Source of the DNA: Alphaproteobacteria bacterium | GTDB taxonomy: Bacteria > Pseudomonadota > Alphaproteobacteria > UBA8366 > GCA-2717185 | Length of the DNA: 64,000 bases | Direction of reading: 5' to 3' | NCBI GenBank assembly: GCA_040905865.1 | Contig: JBBDQU010000083.1 | Location: forward strand, 1,539 to 65,538 | Part shown: one piece after another, positions 8,440 to 16,366 of the stretch | Numbering within the stretch: the stretch's first letter is position 1 | Layout: the number at the start of each line of letters is the position of its first letter | Notes under the pieces: model-generated | Databases searched by the model: none | What the model was told of the DNA's origin: nothing | The model's input: the letters and a program-made list of their open reading frames with translations, nothing else | Translations under genes and position numbers: made by a program

Positions 8440-9504
8440 ATGGAAGACACCGACTCAATCATTATCGATACCGCGACACGGATATTTCAGGATCTCGGTG
8501 CGCCGCGGACGATCCTCAATGCGCGCGATGAAAGCTGGAAGCAGGCGTTGTGGGATACGCTGGAGGAAGCGGGCCTGACCCAGGCCTGGACGCCGGACGA
8601 CCTCGGCGGCGCCGGCGCGGACATCGCCGATGGCTTCGATGTGTTGCGGGTCGCCGGCGAATACGCGGTTTCGATCCCGCTGGCGGAAACCCTGCTGGCG
8701 GGATGGCTTCTGGCGCGGGCGGATATCGTTGTGCCGCAGGGGCCGATGACCGTCGCGCCGGCGCGGCGCGGCGAGCGGATCGAACTGGACGCCGACGGCG
8801 CACTGCGCGGCACCGCCCGGAAAATTCCCTTTGCCCGTGATGCCGGGGGCATCGCGGTTCTGGCGCGCCGGGGAAACGATGCCGTGGTCGCGCTGGTGGA
8901 CTGCGCCGATTGCGCCATCGCCGCCGGGAAGAATCTGGCGGGCGATGCACTGGACACGGTCTGTTTCGACGGGGTCATCCCCCAAATTGTTGAACTCGCG
9001 CCGGACGGTATAGACGAGGACGCGCTGTTCCAGATGGGGGCGGCTGCCCGCACGGCGCAGATCGCCGGCGGTTTGCGGGGCATCCTCGACATGTCGGTGG
9101 ACTATGCGCAGGAACGGGTGGCCTTCGGGCGGCCCATCGGCAAATTCCAGGCGGTGCAGCATAACCTCGCGCGGCTGGGCGGTGAGACCGCCGCCGCCAT
9201 CGCCGCCGTCGGCGCCGTCGCGGACCGGCTGGGCCGCAGCGCATCGTTCGACGACCAGGTGCTGTTCGAAGTGGCCGCCGCGAAAACCCGCGTAGGCGAA
9301 GCCGCCGGCGAAGGGGCGGCAATCGGGCATCAGGTGCATGGCGCCATCGGTTTTACCGACGAGCATATCCTGCACCGCTATACGATGCGGCTGTGGTCGT
9401 GGCGCGAGGATTTCGGCAGCGAAAGCGTCTGGGCCGTGCGACTGGGTGAAATGGTGGCGGCGCGCGGCGCGGACGCCCTGTGGCCCATGGTTACGGCGCA
9501 GTAG
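8440..9504 (+). CDS. acyl-CoA dehydrogenase family protein (short partner subunit)
   Basis: The track ORF is 8209..9504. I start it at the ATG giving MEDTDSIIIDTATRIFQDLG... (typical ACAD N-terminus). The C-terminal ACAD domain reads ...YAQERVAFGRPIGKFQAVQHNLARL...HGAIGFTDEHILHRY... Confidence 0.85.
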   Translation: MEDTDSIIIDTATRIFQDLGAPRTILNARDESWKQALWDTLEEAGLTQAWTPDDLGGAGADIADGFDVLRVAGEYAVSIPLAETLLAGWLLARADIVVPQGPMTVAPARRGERIELDADGALRGTARKIPFARDAGGIAVLARRGNDAVVALVDCADCAIAAGKNLAGDALDTVCFDGVIPQIVELAPDGIDEDALFQMGAAARTAQIAGGLRGILDMSVDYAQERVAFGRPIGKFQAVQHNLARLGGETAAAIAAVGAVADRLGRSASFDDQVLFEVAAAKTRVGEAAGEGAAIGHQVHGAIGFTDEHILHRYTMRLWSWREDFGSESVWAVRLGEMVAARGADALWPMVTAQ

Positions 9505-9525
9505 CGGGAAGGGAATCAAGACATC

Positions 9526-10689
9526 ATGGCAAGCGCAATCGAATTCGATCCGATCCGCCTTCCCCCCGAAGCCGAGGCGCTGCGCCTTGAAGTTCGCGCG
9601 TTCCTGGACGAACAGATCGCCGAGGGGACATTCGACCCGAACACGGCGCCGAAAACCGACGGCTTCAGCCGCGAATTCAGCCGCAAGCTGGGGGCGAAGG
9701 GCTGGATCGGCATGACCTGGCCGAAAAAATACGGCGGCCATGAACGCAGTTTCCTGGAGCGCTACGTCGTGACCGAGGAATTGCGGGCGGTCGCCGCGCC
9801 CACAAGAGCGCATTTTACCGCTGACCGGCAGAGCGGCCCGGTGCTGCTGAAATACGCGCCGGAGGAAATCAAGCTGGATGTCCTGCCGCGGATCACGCGC
9901 GGCGAATGCTGTTTCTGCATCGGGATGAGCGAGCCGAATACCGGTTCGGACCTGTTCGCCGCCAGCGCGCGGGCCACGAAGGCCGATGGCGGCTGGCTGC
10001 TGAACGGCGCGAAGATATGGACGACCAATGCGCATCATGCCGAATACATGATCGGCCTGTTCCGTACATCGCCCGCGACGACGGAAAACCGTCGGCACGG
10101 GCTGACGCAGTTTCTGGTCGATATGAAGAACACGCCGGGTATCGCCGTGAACCCGATCCGGTTCATGAACGGCATGCATGATTTCAACGAGGTCGTGTTC
10201 GAGGACGCCTTCATTTCCGACAATCATGTGCTCGGCGAAATCGACTCCGCCTGGAAACAGGCGACGACCGAACTGGCCTATGAACGCAGCGGGCCGGAGC
10301 GGTTCCTCGAGACCCTGTATACGCTGGTCGAACTGGTACGCGCGCTGGGCGACCGGCCCGATACGCGCGGCGCCGAGGGAGTCGGGCGACTCGTTGCGCA
10401 ACTGCATACGATGCGGCGTATGTCCGTGTCGGTGAACGGCATGCTGCAGGCCGGCAAGGAGCCGATGCTGGAAGGCTCCATCGTCAAGGAACTCGGCACC
10501 AACTGGGAACAGGCATTGCCGGGCAGGGTGCGGGAACTCGCGGCCTTCATCGATGAGGAAACGGGCAACCGCGCGACGCTGGACGACCTGCTGCAGCATG
10601 CGATCCTGATCGCGCCGAAACTGACGCTGCAGGGCGGGACGACGGAAATCCTGCGCGGCATCGTCGCCCGCGGCCTCGGCCTCCGATAG
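9526..10689 (+). CDS. acyl-CoA dehydrogenase
   Basis: 387 aa. It contains ...GWIGMTWPKKYGGHERS..., CFCIGMSEPNTGSDLFAASARA..., WLLNGAKIWTTNAHHAEY and C-terminal LTLQGGTTEILRGIVARGLG. Confidence 0.92.
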   Translation: MASAIEFDPIRLPPEAEALRLEVRAFLDEQIAEGTFDPNTAPKTDGFSREFSRKLGAKGWIGMTWPKKYGGHERSFLERYVVTEELRAVAAPTRAHFTADRQSGPVLLKYAPEEIKLDVLPRITRGECCFCIGMSEPNTGSDLFAASARATKADGGWLLNGAKIWTTNAHHAEYMIGLFRTSPATTENRRHGLTQFLVDMKNTPGIAVNPIRFMNGMHDFNEVVFEDAFISDNHVLGEIDSAWKQATTELAYERSGPERFLETLYTLVELVRALGDRPDTRGAEGVGRLVAQLHTMRRMSVSVNGMLQAGKEPMLEGSIVKELGTNWEQALPGRVRELAAFIDEETGNRATLDDLLQHAILIAPKLTLQGGTTEILRGIVARGLGLR

Positions 10690-10707
10690 AATCAGGGCGA
10701 AGCGCCG

Positions 10708-11013
10708 CTATTCCGGGTCAAGGGCGTCGGCGACGGCTTCGCGCTTCCGGCGCGGCAGCAGGGTCATCAGGAGGATAAAGGCGGACAGGCTGGCGCAGAT
10801 CGTGTTGGTGACGATGATTGGCCAGGCGCCGATCATTGTCCCGTAGCCTGTCCACAGCATAAAGCCGCTGACGGTCAGGACATACATCCCGATGGAAATA
10901 TCGGCCGTTTCACGCGTCCGGATGATCTTGACAGCCTGGGGGACGAAACTGGTAACCGACGCCGCCGTCGCCAGCCAGCCCAGAACGGCCGCGAAGCCCG
11001 AACCTTCCATCAT
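10708..11013 (-). CDS. SemiSWEET / PQ-loop (MtN3-like) small sugar transporter
   Basis: Start placed at MMEGSGFAAVLGWLATAASVTSFVPQAVKIIRTRETADISIGMY... The protein has three TM helices, the PQ motif (VPQAVKI) and is about 100 aa. Confidence 0.8.
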   Translation of the reverse strand: MMEGSGFAAVLGWLATAASVTSFVPQAVKIIRTRETADISIGMYVLTVSGFMLWTGYGTMIGAWPIIVTNTICASLSAFILLMTLLPRRKREAVADALDPE

Positions 11014-11199
11014 GCTGCCTCTTTCCAACTGCCATTTGCGTTCCTGACCGGTTTGTGCCCGCGCGGATCCAGCCACGGGATAAACACCGGCCGCCGCAAG
11101 CGGTTCCGCCGGCCGGCATTGCAGGACGACCGGGAACCATTCCGCCCGCTAACGCGGTGCGGGGGCGTCGTGCGCCGGCCTGACCTCTGCCGCCGGGCG

Positions 11200-11805
11200 C
11201 TAACCCCGATAGCCCCCGACCGCCGCCTGGTCGCCCAGCAGCGCGATCCGGAACCGGTCCTTGGCATACGCCCCGTCGAGCGGCGGTTTGAGGCTCACCA
11301 GTTCTTCATGCATGATCTTGACCGCGTGGCATTGCGGCCCCGTTTCATGATAGATCGACCGGATCAGCGCCTTCAGTTCGGCATCGGTCCGCACCGTTCC
11401 CGTTCTGGGGATACCCGTCGCTGCCGCTACGGCGGCAAGGTCGGTCGACCCGGCGGTATGGGTTGGCTGACCGCCGGTTTCGCCGAACATTTCATTGTCC
11501 AGCACGACAATGGACAGGTTGCGGGGCGCAACCCGCGCAATCGTCGCCAGCGATCCCATGCCCATCAGCATGTCGCCGTCGCCGGTGATGACCAGCACCT
11601 GCTTGTCCGGCTGCGTCGTGGCGAGGCCAAGGCCGATCATCGCCGTCAGGCCCATGCCGCCGATCAGGCTGAAATTGAGCGGATTGTCGCCCGCCGCCGT
11701 CACATCCCAGGCGGAGGAACCGAGCCCGGCGACGACCAGTGTATCGGGGGTGCGTGGCGCGAGCAGCACCGCCACGACATCCCGCCTGTGCAATTGCCCC
11801 GCCAT
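11200..11805 (-). CDS. TPP-dependent decarboxylase beta subunit (sulfopyruvate / phosphonopyruvate decarboxylase type)
   Basis: Start at MAGQLHRRDVV... Its ATG shares one base with the upstream stop (TGATG at 11803-11807). The TPP-binding motif is GDGDMLMGMGSLATIA...NLSIVVLDNEMFGETGGQ. Confidence 0.85.
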   Translation of the reverse strand: MAGQLHRRDVVAVLLAPRTPDTLVVAGLGSSAWDVTAAGDNPLNFSLIGGMGLTAMIGLGLATTQPDKQVLVITGDGDMLMGMGSLATIARVAPRNLSIVVLDNEMFGETGGQPTHTAGSTDLAAVAAATGIPRTGTVRTDAELKALIRSIYHETGPQCHAVKIMHEELVSLKPPLDGAYAKDRFRIALLGDQAAVGGYRG

Positions 11806-12317
11806 CAGAACGACTTCGCGCCGATCAGGCGCTGCGACAGCAATACTGCCGTCTGATTGTTCGTGTCGAAAGCGATCCGGGCAGCGGCATCGACGGTGCT
11901 GCCGACCTCCTCGGCCGTATCGGCTCGGTACAGTGCGACGCCCATGGCTTCCAGCGCCCTGGGCGCGCCGCGTCCCGCGGGGATCTGCCAGGGATTGCCT
12001 TCGCCCCATTCGCCGCGCATCGACACGATGGTCAGCAGCGGCATGCGGCAGGCCGCCGGCAGCGCCAGCGCATTGATGGTGTTGCCGACGCCGCTGCTCT
12101 GCATCAGCAGCACGCCCCGCTGCCCGCCAAGCCAGGCGCCGGCCAGCAGGCCGACCCCTTCCTCCTCCGTCGTCAGCGTCGTGACGGACATGTCGTTATG
12201 CCCGTTGCAGAGCTTGATCAGCCGGTCGTGTCCCGCATCGGGGACATGGCATACCTGCGTCACGCCCTTTTCGCGCAATACATCGAATATTGCGGTGGGC
12301 CAGTCGATTTGCTGCAC
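11805..12317 (-). CDS. TPP-dependent decarboxylase alpha subunit (sulfopyruvate / phosphonopyruvate decarboxylase type)
   Basis: 170 aa pyrimidine-binding domain: MQQIDWPTAIFDVLREKGVTQVCHVPDAGH...TLTTEEEGVGLLAGAWLGGQRGVLLMQSSGVGNTINAL... Confidence 0.85.
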   Translation of the reverse strand: MQQIDWPTAIFDVLREKGVTQVCHVPDAGHDRLIKLCNGHNDMSVTTLTTEEEGVGLLAGAWLGGQRGVLLMQSSGVGNTINALALPAACRMPLLTIVSMRGEWGEGNPWQIPAGRGAPRALEAMGVALYRADTAEEVGSTVDAAARIAFDTNNQTAVLLSQRLIGAKSF

Positions 12318-12826
12318 GTTTGTGGTTTCTCCAAATTTGCTGTTGCAGAGGTGACGATGCCAAATTCTGCCGCCGACGACAAGGAAGCGCGAATTGCGTG
12401 ATTCGTCCAGACACCAGAAAACGAGTCTCGATCCCTGTTTTAACGCAAGGGTGCCCCGAATTGGGCGCGACTCGAAAGCAGGGTCGATTTCCTGTCGCCA
12501 GTTTGACTATGCAGGTAGTGGAATGCCGGTCGGAACAGCCGGGGTCGGGCGGCGATTCGCGGTTTCCGTCCGCCATGTTCTTCCCCGGTTTTCGGAAGCA
12601 ATGCCAAGGCCTTGGACGGGATCCAATGCATATCGAGGCGCTCGCCGGCGCAAAGGTTTACAGAACCGGATACAATTTTATCGGTATTTGTCCTGTAAAG
12701 GTTAACGATTATCTTTAAGTTTCAATAGTTTACAGTTGATTTCCGGCGTGGGGTGTATATATTGTTTCCGCGTGACCGTTAACATTGGGAGCGAGCCGGA
12801 GAATACCGGGTCGGGTGCTGACGAAA

Positions 12827-13642
12827 ATGGCAGAACAAATCGGATTATCCAGCGCCGTTCGTGCGAACCTTTTCAGCCTGCAACAGACGTCGCAGCAGGG
12901 GGCGCAGACGGACAATCGCCTTTCGTCCGGTCTGCGGGTCCGTGATCCGCTGGACGGGGCGAGCGAGTTTTTCGCCGCGCAGTCGCTCAGCAACCGGGCG
13001 CAGGATCTGTCCGGCACCAAGGACGGGGTCGACCAGGCGATCAGCACGATTCAGGCGGCCACCAACGGGCTGGACGCTATCGGCGAACTGACCCGGCAGG
13101 CGGAAGGGCTGGCGCGCGCGGCGCGGAACACCGGCAACCCCGATGAGCGCGCGGCGCTGGCCGGCCAGTTCAACGAGTTGCGCAACCAGATCGACGGCCT
13201 GGCGCGGGATTCCGGCTTCAACGGGACCAACCTGGTCCAGGAATCCCCGGACGATCTGGAAGTCTCGCTGAATGAAGACGGTTCCAGCAGCCTGACGATC
13301 CAGGGCGCGGATTCCTCCAGCGCCGGTCTCGGGATCAATGCAACGACATTCGCCACGGACGCCGACATCGATGCGGCGCTTGCCCAGACACAGGCGGCGC
13401 AGGCCAGTGTGCGGACCAGTACGGCTGCCCTGGGGGCCAGCACCTCGGCGCTTCAGACGCGGCTCGATTTCACCCGTGATCTGACCAATACGCTGGAATC
13501 GGGCGCGGCCAGGCTGACCGAGGCGGACCTGACCGAGGAAGCGGCGAACCGGCTGGCGATCGATACGCGCCAGCAGATCGGTATCAACGCCCTCAGCCTG
13601 GCGGGGCAGAGCCAGACGGCGATCCTCGGCCTGTTCGGCTAG
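12827..13642 (+). CDS. flagellin (short alphaproteobacterial type)
   Basis: Start at MAEQIGLSSAVRANLFSLQQTS... The conserved N-terminal region (...NRLSSGLRVRDPLDGASEFFAAQSL...) and C-terminal region (...TEEAANRLAIDTRQQIGINALSLAGQSQTAILGLFG) flank a short variable middle. Confidence 0.9.
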   Translation: MAEQIGLSSAVRANLFSLQQTSQQGAQTDNRLSSGLRVRDPLDGASEFFAAQSLSNRAQDLSGTKDGVDQAISTIQAATNGLDAIGELTRQAEGLARAARNTGNPDERAALAGQFNELRNQIDGLARDSGFNGTNLVQESPDDLEVSLNEDGSSSLTIQGADSSSAGLGINATTFATDADIDAALAQTQAAQASVRTSTAALGASTSALQTRLDFTRDLTNTLESGAARLTEADLTEEAANRLAIDTRQQIGINALSLAGQSQTAILGLFG

Positions 13643-13703
13643 ATCAGATCGTGGTTTGTTGGAATCGCCTTTGGCGATCCAACAATCGCGTGAATCTGAT
13701 CTA
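13640..13703 (+). repeat. 64-bp palindromic element, copy A (TAGATCAGAT...ATCTGATCTA)
   Basis: tagatcagatcgtggtttgttggaatcgcctttggcgatccaacaatcgcgtgaatctgatcta. It has 10-bp perfect terminal inverted repeats and an internal TTGGAATCGCC/GGCGATCCAA hairpin. Its first three bases are the flagellin stop codon. Confidence 0.85.
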
Positions 13704-13814
13704 CCTTATTGAAACTAGAGCACATCAGAAGGCGGTTTCCTGGTATCGTCTTCGGCAATTCCCAGCTTGCCGGATTTGCTTTAAACACGGGTTCCACATG
13801 AAGGGGACCCGACC

Positions 13815-16172
13815 ATGCCTGCCAGACAACTCGACGCCGCCGATATCGCATTTCCAGCCATTTCCCTCGGCGGGGCGGCCGTCGGCGATGTCTTTTCCCT
13901 GTCGAGTCATTCCCGCGCCCGTCAGGCGCTGGAATTCGGGCTGAATGTCGCCGACCTCGGGTTCAATGTTTTCGTTGTCGGCGAGGACCGCAGCGGCCGC
14001 ATGACCGCGACGATGAAATATCTTGAATCCTTCGTCGAGGGTACCGGCCCGGCGGGTGACTGGATCTATCTGAACAATTTCCGGCGCAGCTACCGACCGA
14101 TCCCGCTTTCCCTGCCGGCGGGGGGCGGGCGGCGGTTCCGCGACCGGATCGCCCTGCTGGTGCACCAACTTCAGGAAGGGCTGGCGACGGCGCTTGGCGG
14201 CGATGCCTTCCAGGCCGAAGTCAGGGCGGAAGGCGGCCGGCTGCAGCAATCCGTGGGCGCGGAAATGGATACCCTGCGGGCCCAGGCGCGCGCGCAGGGT
14301 ATCGATATTGTGCAGACGCCCCAGGGACCTTCCATCGTTTCCGTGGATGCCGAGGGCAATCAGGTCCCGCCGGATACATTGAGCGCCGAGGAGCGGGGGC
14401 GCCGCCAGGAAGCGGCCCGTGAGATCGGCGAGCGGATGGCGGCCGTCAACCGCCGGGCGGTCCAGCAACAGGCCGCGCTCGGCGCCCGGATGACGGAACT
14501 CTATCGGCAGGCCGCGAACAACGCGATTGCGCCGCTGTTCGACGCGGTGCAGGAGGAACTGGGCGGCTATACGGGCGCGGTCCGCTGGCTGGTCCAAATG
14601 CATGAGGACGTGCTGGAAAACCTGGCGATCTTCGGTGTCCATGGCGATGAGGAGCAAAGGCGCGAGAACCCGGAAAGCCGGTATGCGGTCAACCTGTTTG
14701 TCGATCACAGCGACGACAGCAATTCCGGCGTGCTGCTGGAAGCCAACCCGACCTATGAAAATCTATTCGGTCGGATCGAGTACCGGCCGACGGAGGGCGG
14801 TCTCAATACCGATTTTTCGATGATCCGGGCCGGGTCGCTGCACCGCGCCAATGGCGGTATTCTGGTGCTGCGCGCCGATGCGCTGGCGCGTAACCCGATC
14901 AGCTGGGATTACCTGAAGGCGGCACTGCGGGACCGGGAGATCAGGATCGAGGAATTGCAGCGTACCGGCAGTACGCCACTTGCGGGCGCGCCGCAGCCAA
15001 AGGCGATTCCGCTCGACCTGAAGGTTGTGATCATCGGCGCGCCGCACTGGTATTACAGTTTCTTTTCAGTCGACCCGGATTTTCAGACCTATTTCAAGAT
15101 CAAGGCGGAAATCGATGCCGACATGGACGTGACGCCGGAGAACGCGGCCAGTTACGCGGCACTGATCCGGAATATCGCGCGGGATCATCGCGGATTCGAG
15201 TGCGACGATGTGGCAGTCCAGCGGCTGCTCGGTATCGCATCGCGCTGGGCCGCCAACCGTGGGAAGCTGACGGCGCGGTTCGAGATGGTCGACGACGTGG
15301 TCATCGAAGCGGTCGAACTGGCGCACAAGGCCGGGCAGGAACGGCTCACGCTGGAGATGGTCATGCTGGCCCTGGAAAACCGCCGCCGCCGCAACGCGCG
15401 GGTGGAGGACCGGATGCAGGAATCGATCCGGGACGGCCATTTAATGATCGCCACCGAGGGTCGGACGACAGGGCAGGTCAACGGGCTGACCGTGCGCCAG
15501 ATGGGCGACCACGCCTTTGGCGGGCCGTCGCGAATCACGGCGCGGGCCTCGGTCGGGCGCTTGGGGGTGATTAATATCGAACGCAGCGTCGCCATGGGCG
15601 GGCCGATCCAGCAGAAGGGCGTCATGGTGCTGCAGGGGTTCCTGTCCGGGCACTTCGCCAGGCGCTTTCCGTTATCCTTCAACTGTTCCATTACCTTCGA
15701 GCAGAATTACGGCGGGGTCGAGGGCGACAGCGCCTCCCTGGCGGAACTGCTGGCGATTCTCTCGGACCTGTCGGGCCTGCCGCTGCGACAGGACCTTGCG
15801 ATTACCGGGTCGATCAACCAGCGCGGCGAGGCGCAGGCCATCGGCGGGGCGCATCACAAGATCGAAGGCTTTTTCCGGACCTGCCGGGAGAACGGCGCGC
15901 TGACCGGGACGCAGGGCGTCATCGTGCCCGCATCCAACGAACAGAACCTGATCCTGCGGGACGATGTCGCGGCGGCGGTCGCGGCCGGCGAATTCCATAT
16001 CTGGAGCGTGCGCACGATCGACGAGGCGTCGGCGCTGTTCATGGATACGCCGGCGGGGGAGGCGGATGCGGAAGGCAGATACCCGCCGGACAGTATCTTC
16101 GGCCGGGTCGTGACGCAGTTGGAAAACTTCGACCGCGCCCTGTTCGACCGGGAAAGCCGTATCCGGTCCTGA
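13815..16172 (+). CDS. Lon-like protease (AAA-like N-terminal region + C-terminal Lon S16 proteolytic domain, COG1067/LonB-like)
   Basis: 785 aa. The P-loop position reads FVVGEDRSGRMTAT (degenerate). The central region has ...ANGGILVLRADALARNPISWDYLKAAL... The C-terminal region has ...YGGVEGDSASLAELLAILSDLSGLPLRQDLAITGSINQRGEAQAIGGAHHKIEGFF, consistent with a Ser-Lys dyad. Confidence 0.85.
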   Translation: MPARQLDAADIAFPAISLGGAAVGDVFSLSSHSRARQALEFGLNVADLGFNVFVVGEDRSGRMTATMKYLESFVEGTGPAGDWIYLNNFRRSYRPIPLSLPAGGGRRFRDRIALLVHQLQEGLATALGGDAFQAEVRAEGGRLQQSVGAEMDTLRAQARAQGIDIVQTPQGPSIVSVDAEGNQVPPDTLSAEERGRRQEAAREIGERMAAVNRRAVQQQAALGARMTELYRQAANNAIAPLFDAVQEELGGYTGAVRWLVQMHEDVLENLAIFGVHGDEEQRRENPESRYAVNLFVDHSDDSNSGVLLEANPTYENLFGRIEYRPTEGGLNTDFSMIRAGSLHRANGGILVLRADALARNPISWDYLKAALRDREIRIEELQRTGSTPLAGAPQPKAIPLDLKVVIIGAPHWYYSFFSVDPDFQTYFKIKAEIDADMDVTPENAASYAALIRNIARDHRGFECDDVAVQRLLGIASRWAANRGKLTARFEMVDDVVIEAVELAHKAGQERLTLEMVMLALENRRRRNARVEDRMQESIRDGHLMIATEGRTTGQVNGLTVRQMGDHAFGGPSRITARASVGRLGVINIERSVAMGGPIQQKGVMVLQGFLSGHFARRFPLSFNCSITFEQNYGGVEGDSASLAELLAILSDLSGLPLRQDLAITGSINQRGEAQAIGGAHHKIEGFFRTCRENGALTGTQGVIVPASNEQNLILRDDVAAAVAAGEFHIWSVRTIDEASALFMDTPAGEADAEGRYPPDSIFGRVVTQLENFDRALFDRESRIRS

Positions 16173-16366
16173 GCCATTCACGGCCCGAGCGGTGGCGGGC
16201 GGGACCGGTAACCGCGATACCGCCGAATCAGGCGTCCCGGGAAACGATATTGCGGCGCCGTAGAAATCGGTTGCCGTTTCATGCGGAATTGCCCATTTAT
16301 GGGCTATCTGTGTGTCCCGCGCGCCAGCTGCAATGCGGGACAGACGCGGGATCTCGGGGGCCGGTT

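Noticed and set aside
8455-10599. 714-aa minus-strand ORF opposite both ACAD genes.
   Set aside because: The same shadow-ORF composition (R/A/G/P/H rich) with no domains. The plus strand has unmistakable ACAD motifs.
12196-12718. ORFs 12196..12576(-), 12290..12718(+), 12394..12705(+) and 12440..12631(-) in the flagellin upstream region.
   Set aside because: Their translations are Cys/Arg/Pro-rich and mutually overlapping in several frames. They lack RBSs and resemble no protein family. I treated the region as non-coding.
12600-12826. Attempted sigma-54 (TGGCAC-N5-TTGC) and sigma-28 (TAAA-N15-GCCGATAA) promoter calls upstream of flagellin. Examples are TGGGGTGTATATATTGT near 12749 and TAAAGGTT...TTAAGTTT near 12696.
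   Set aside because: The GG/GC spacing is off by 2 nt for the sigma-54 candidates. No GCCGATAA-like -10 element exists for sigma-28. Neither call is supportable by eye.
13815-16172. Lon-like protease as the BrxL component of a BREX system.
   Set aside because: No pglX/pglZ/brxA-C-like genes are nearby. The neighbours are a flagellin, a DUF4126 protein and a PBP.
16300-16350. Inverted repeat TGTCCCGC-N14-GCGGGACA between the Lon-like and DUF4126 genes, as a terminator.
   Set aside because: No U-run follows it and the loop is long. It may be incidental or a weak REP-like hairpin, and I did not call it.
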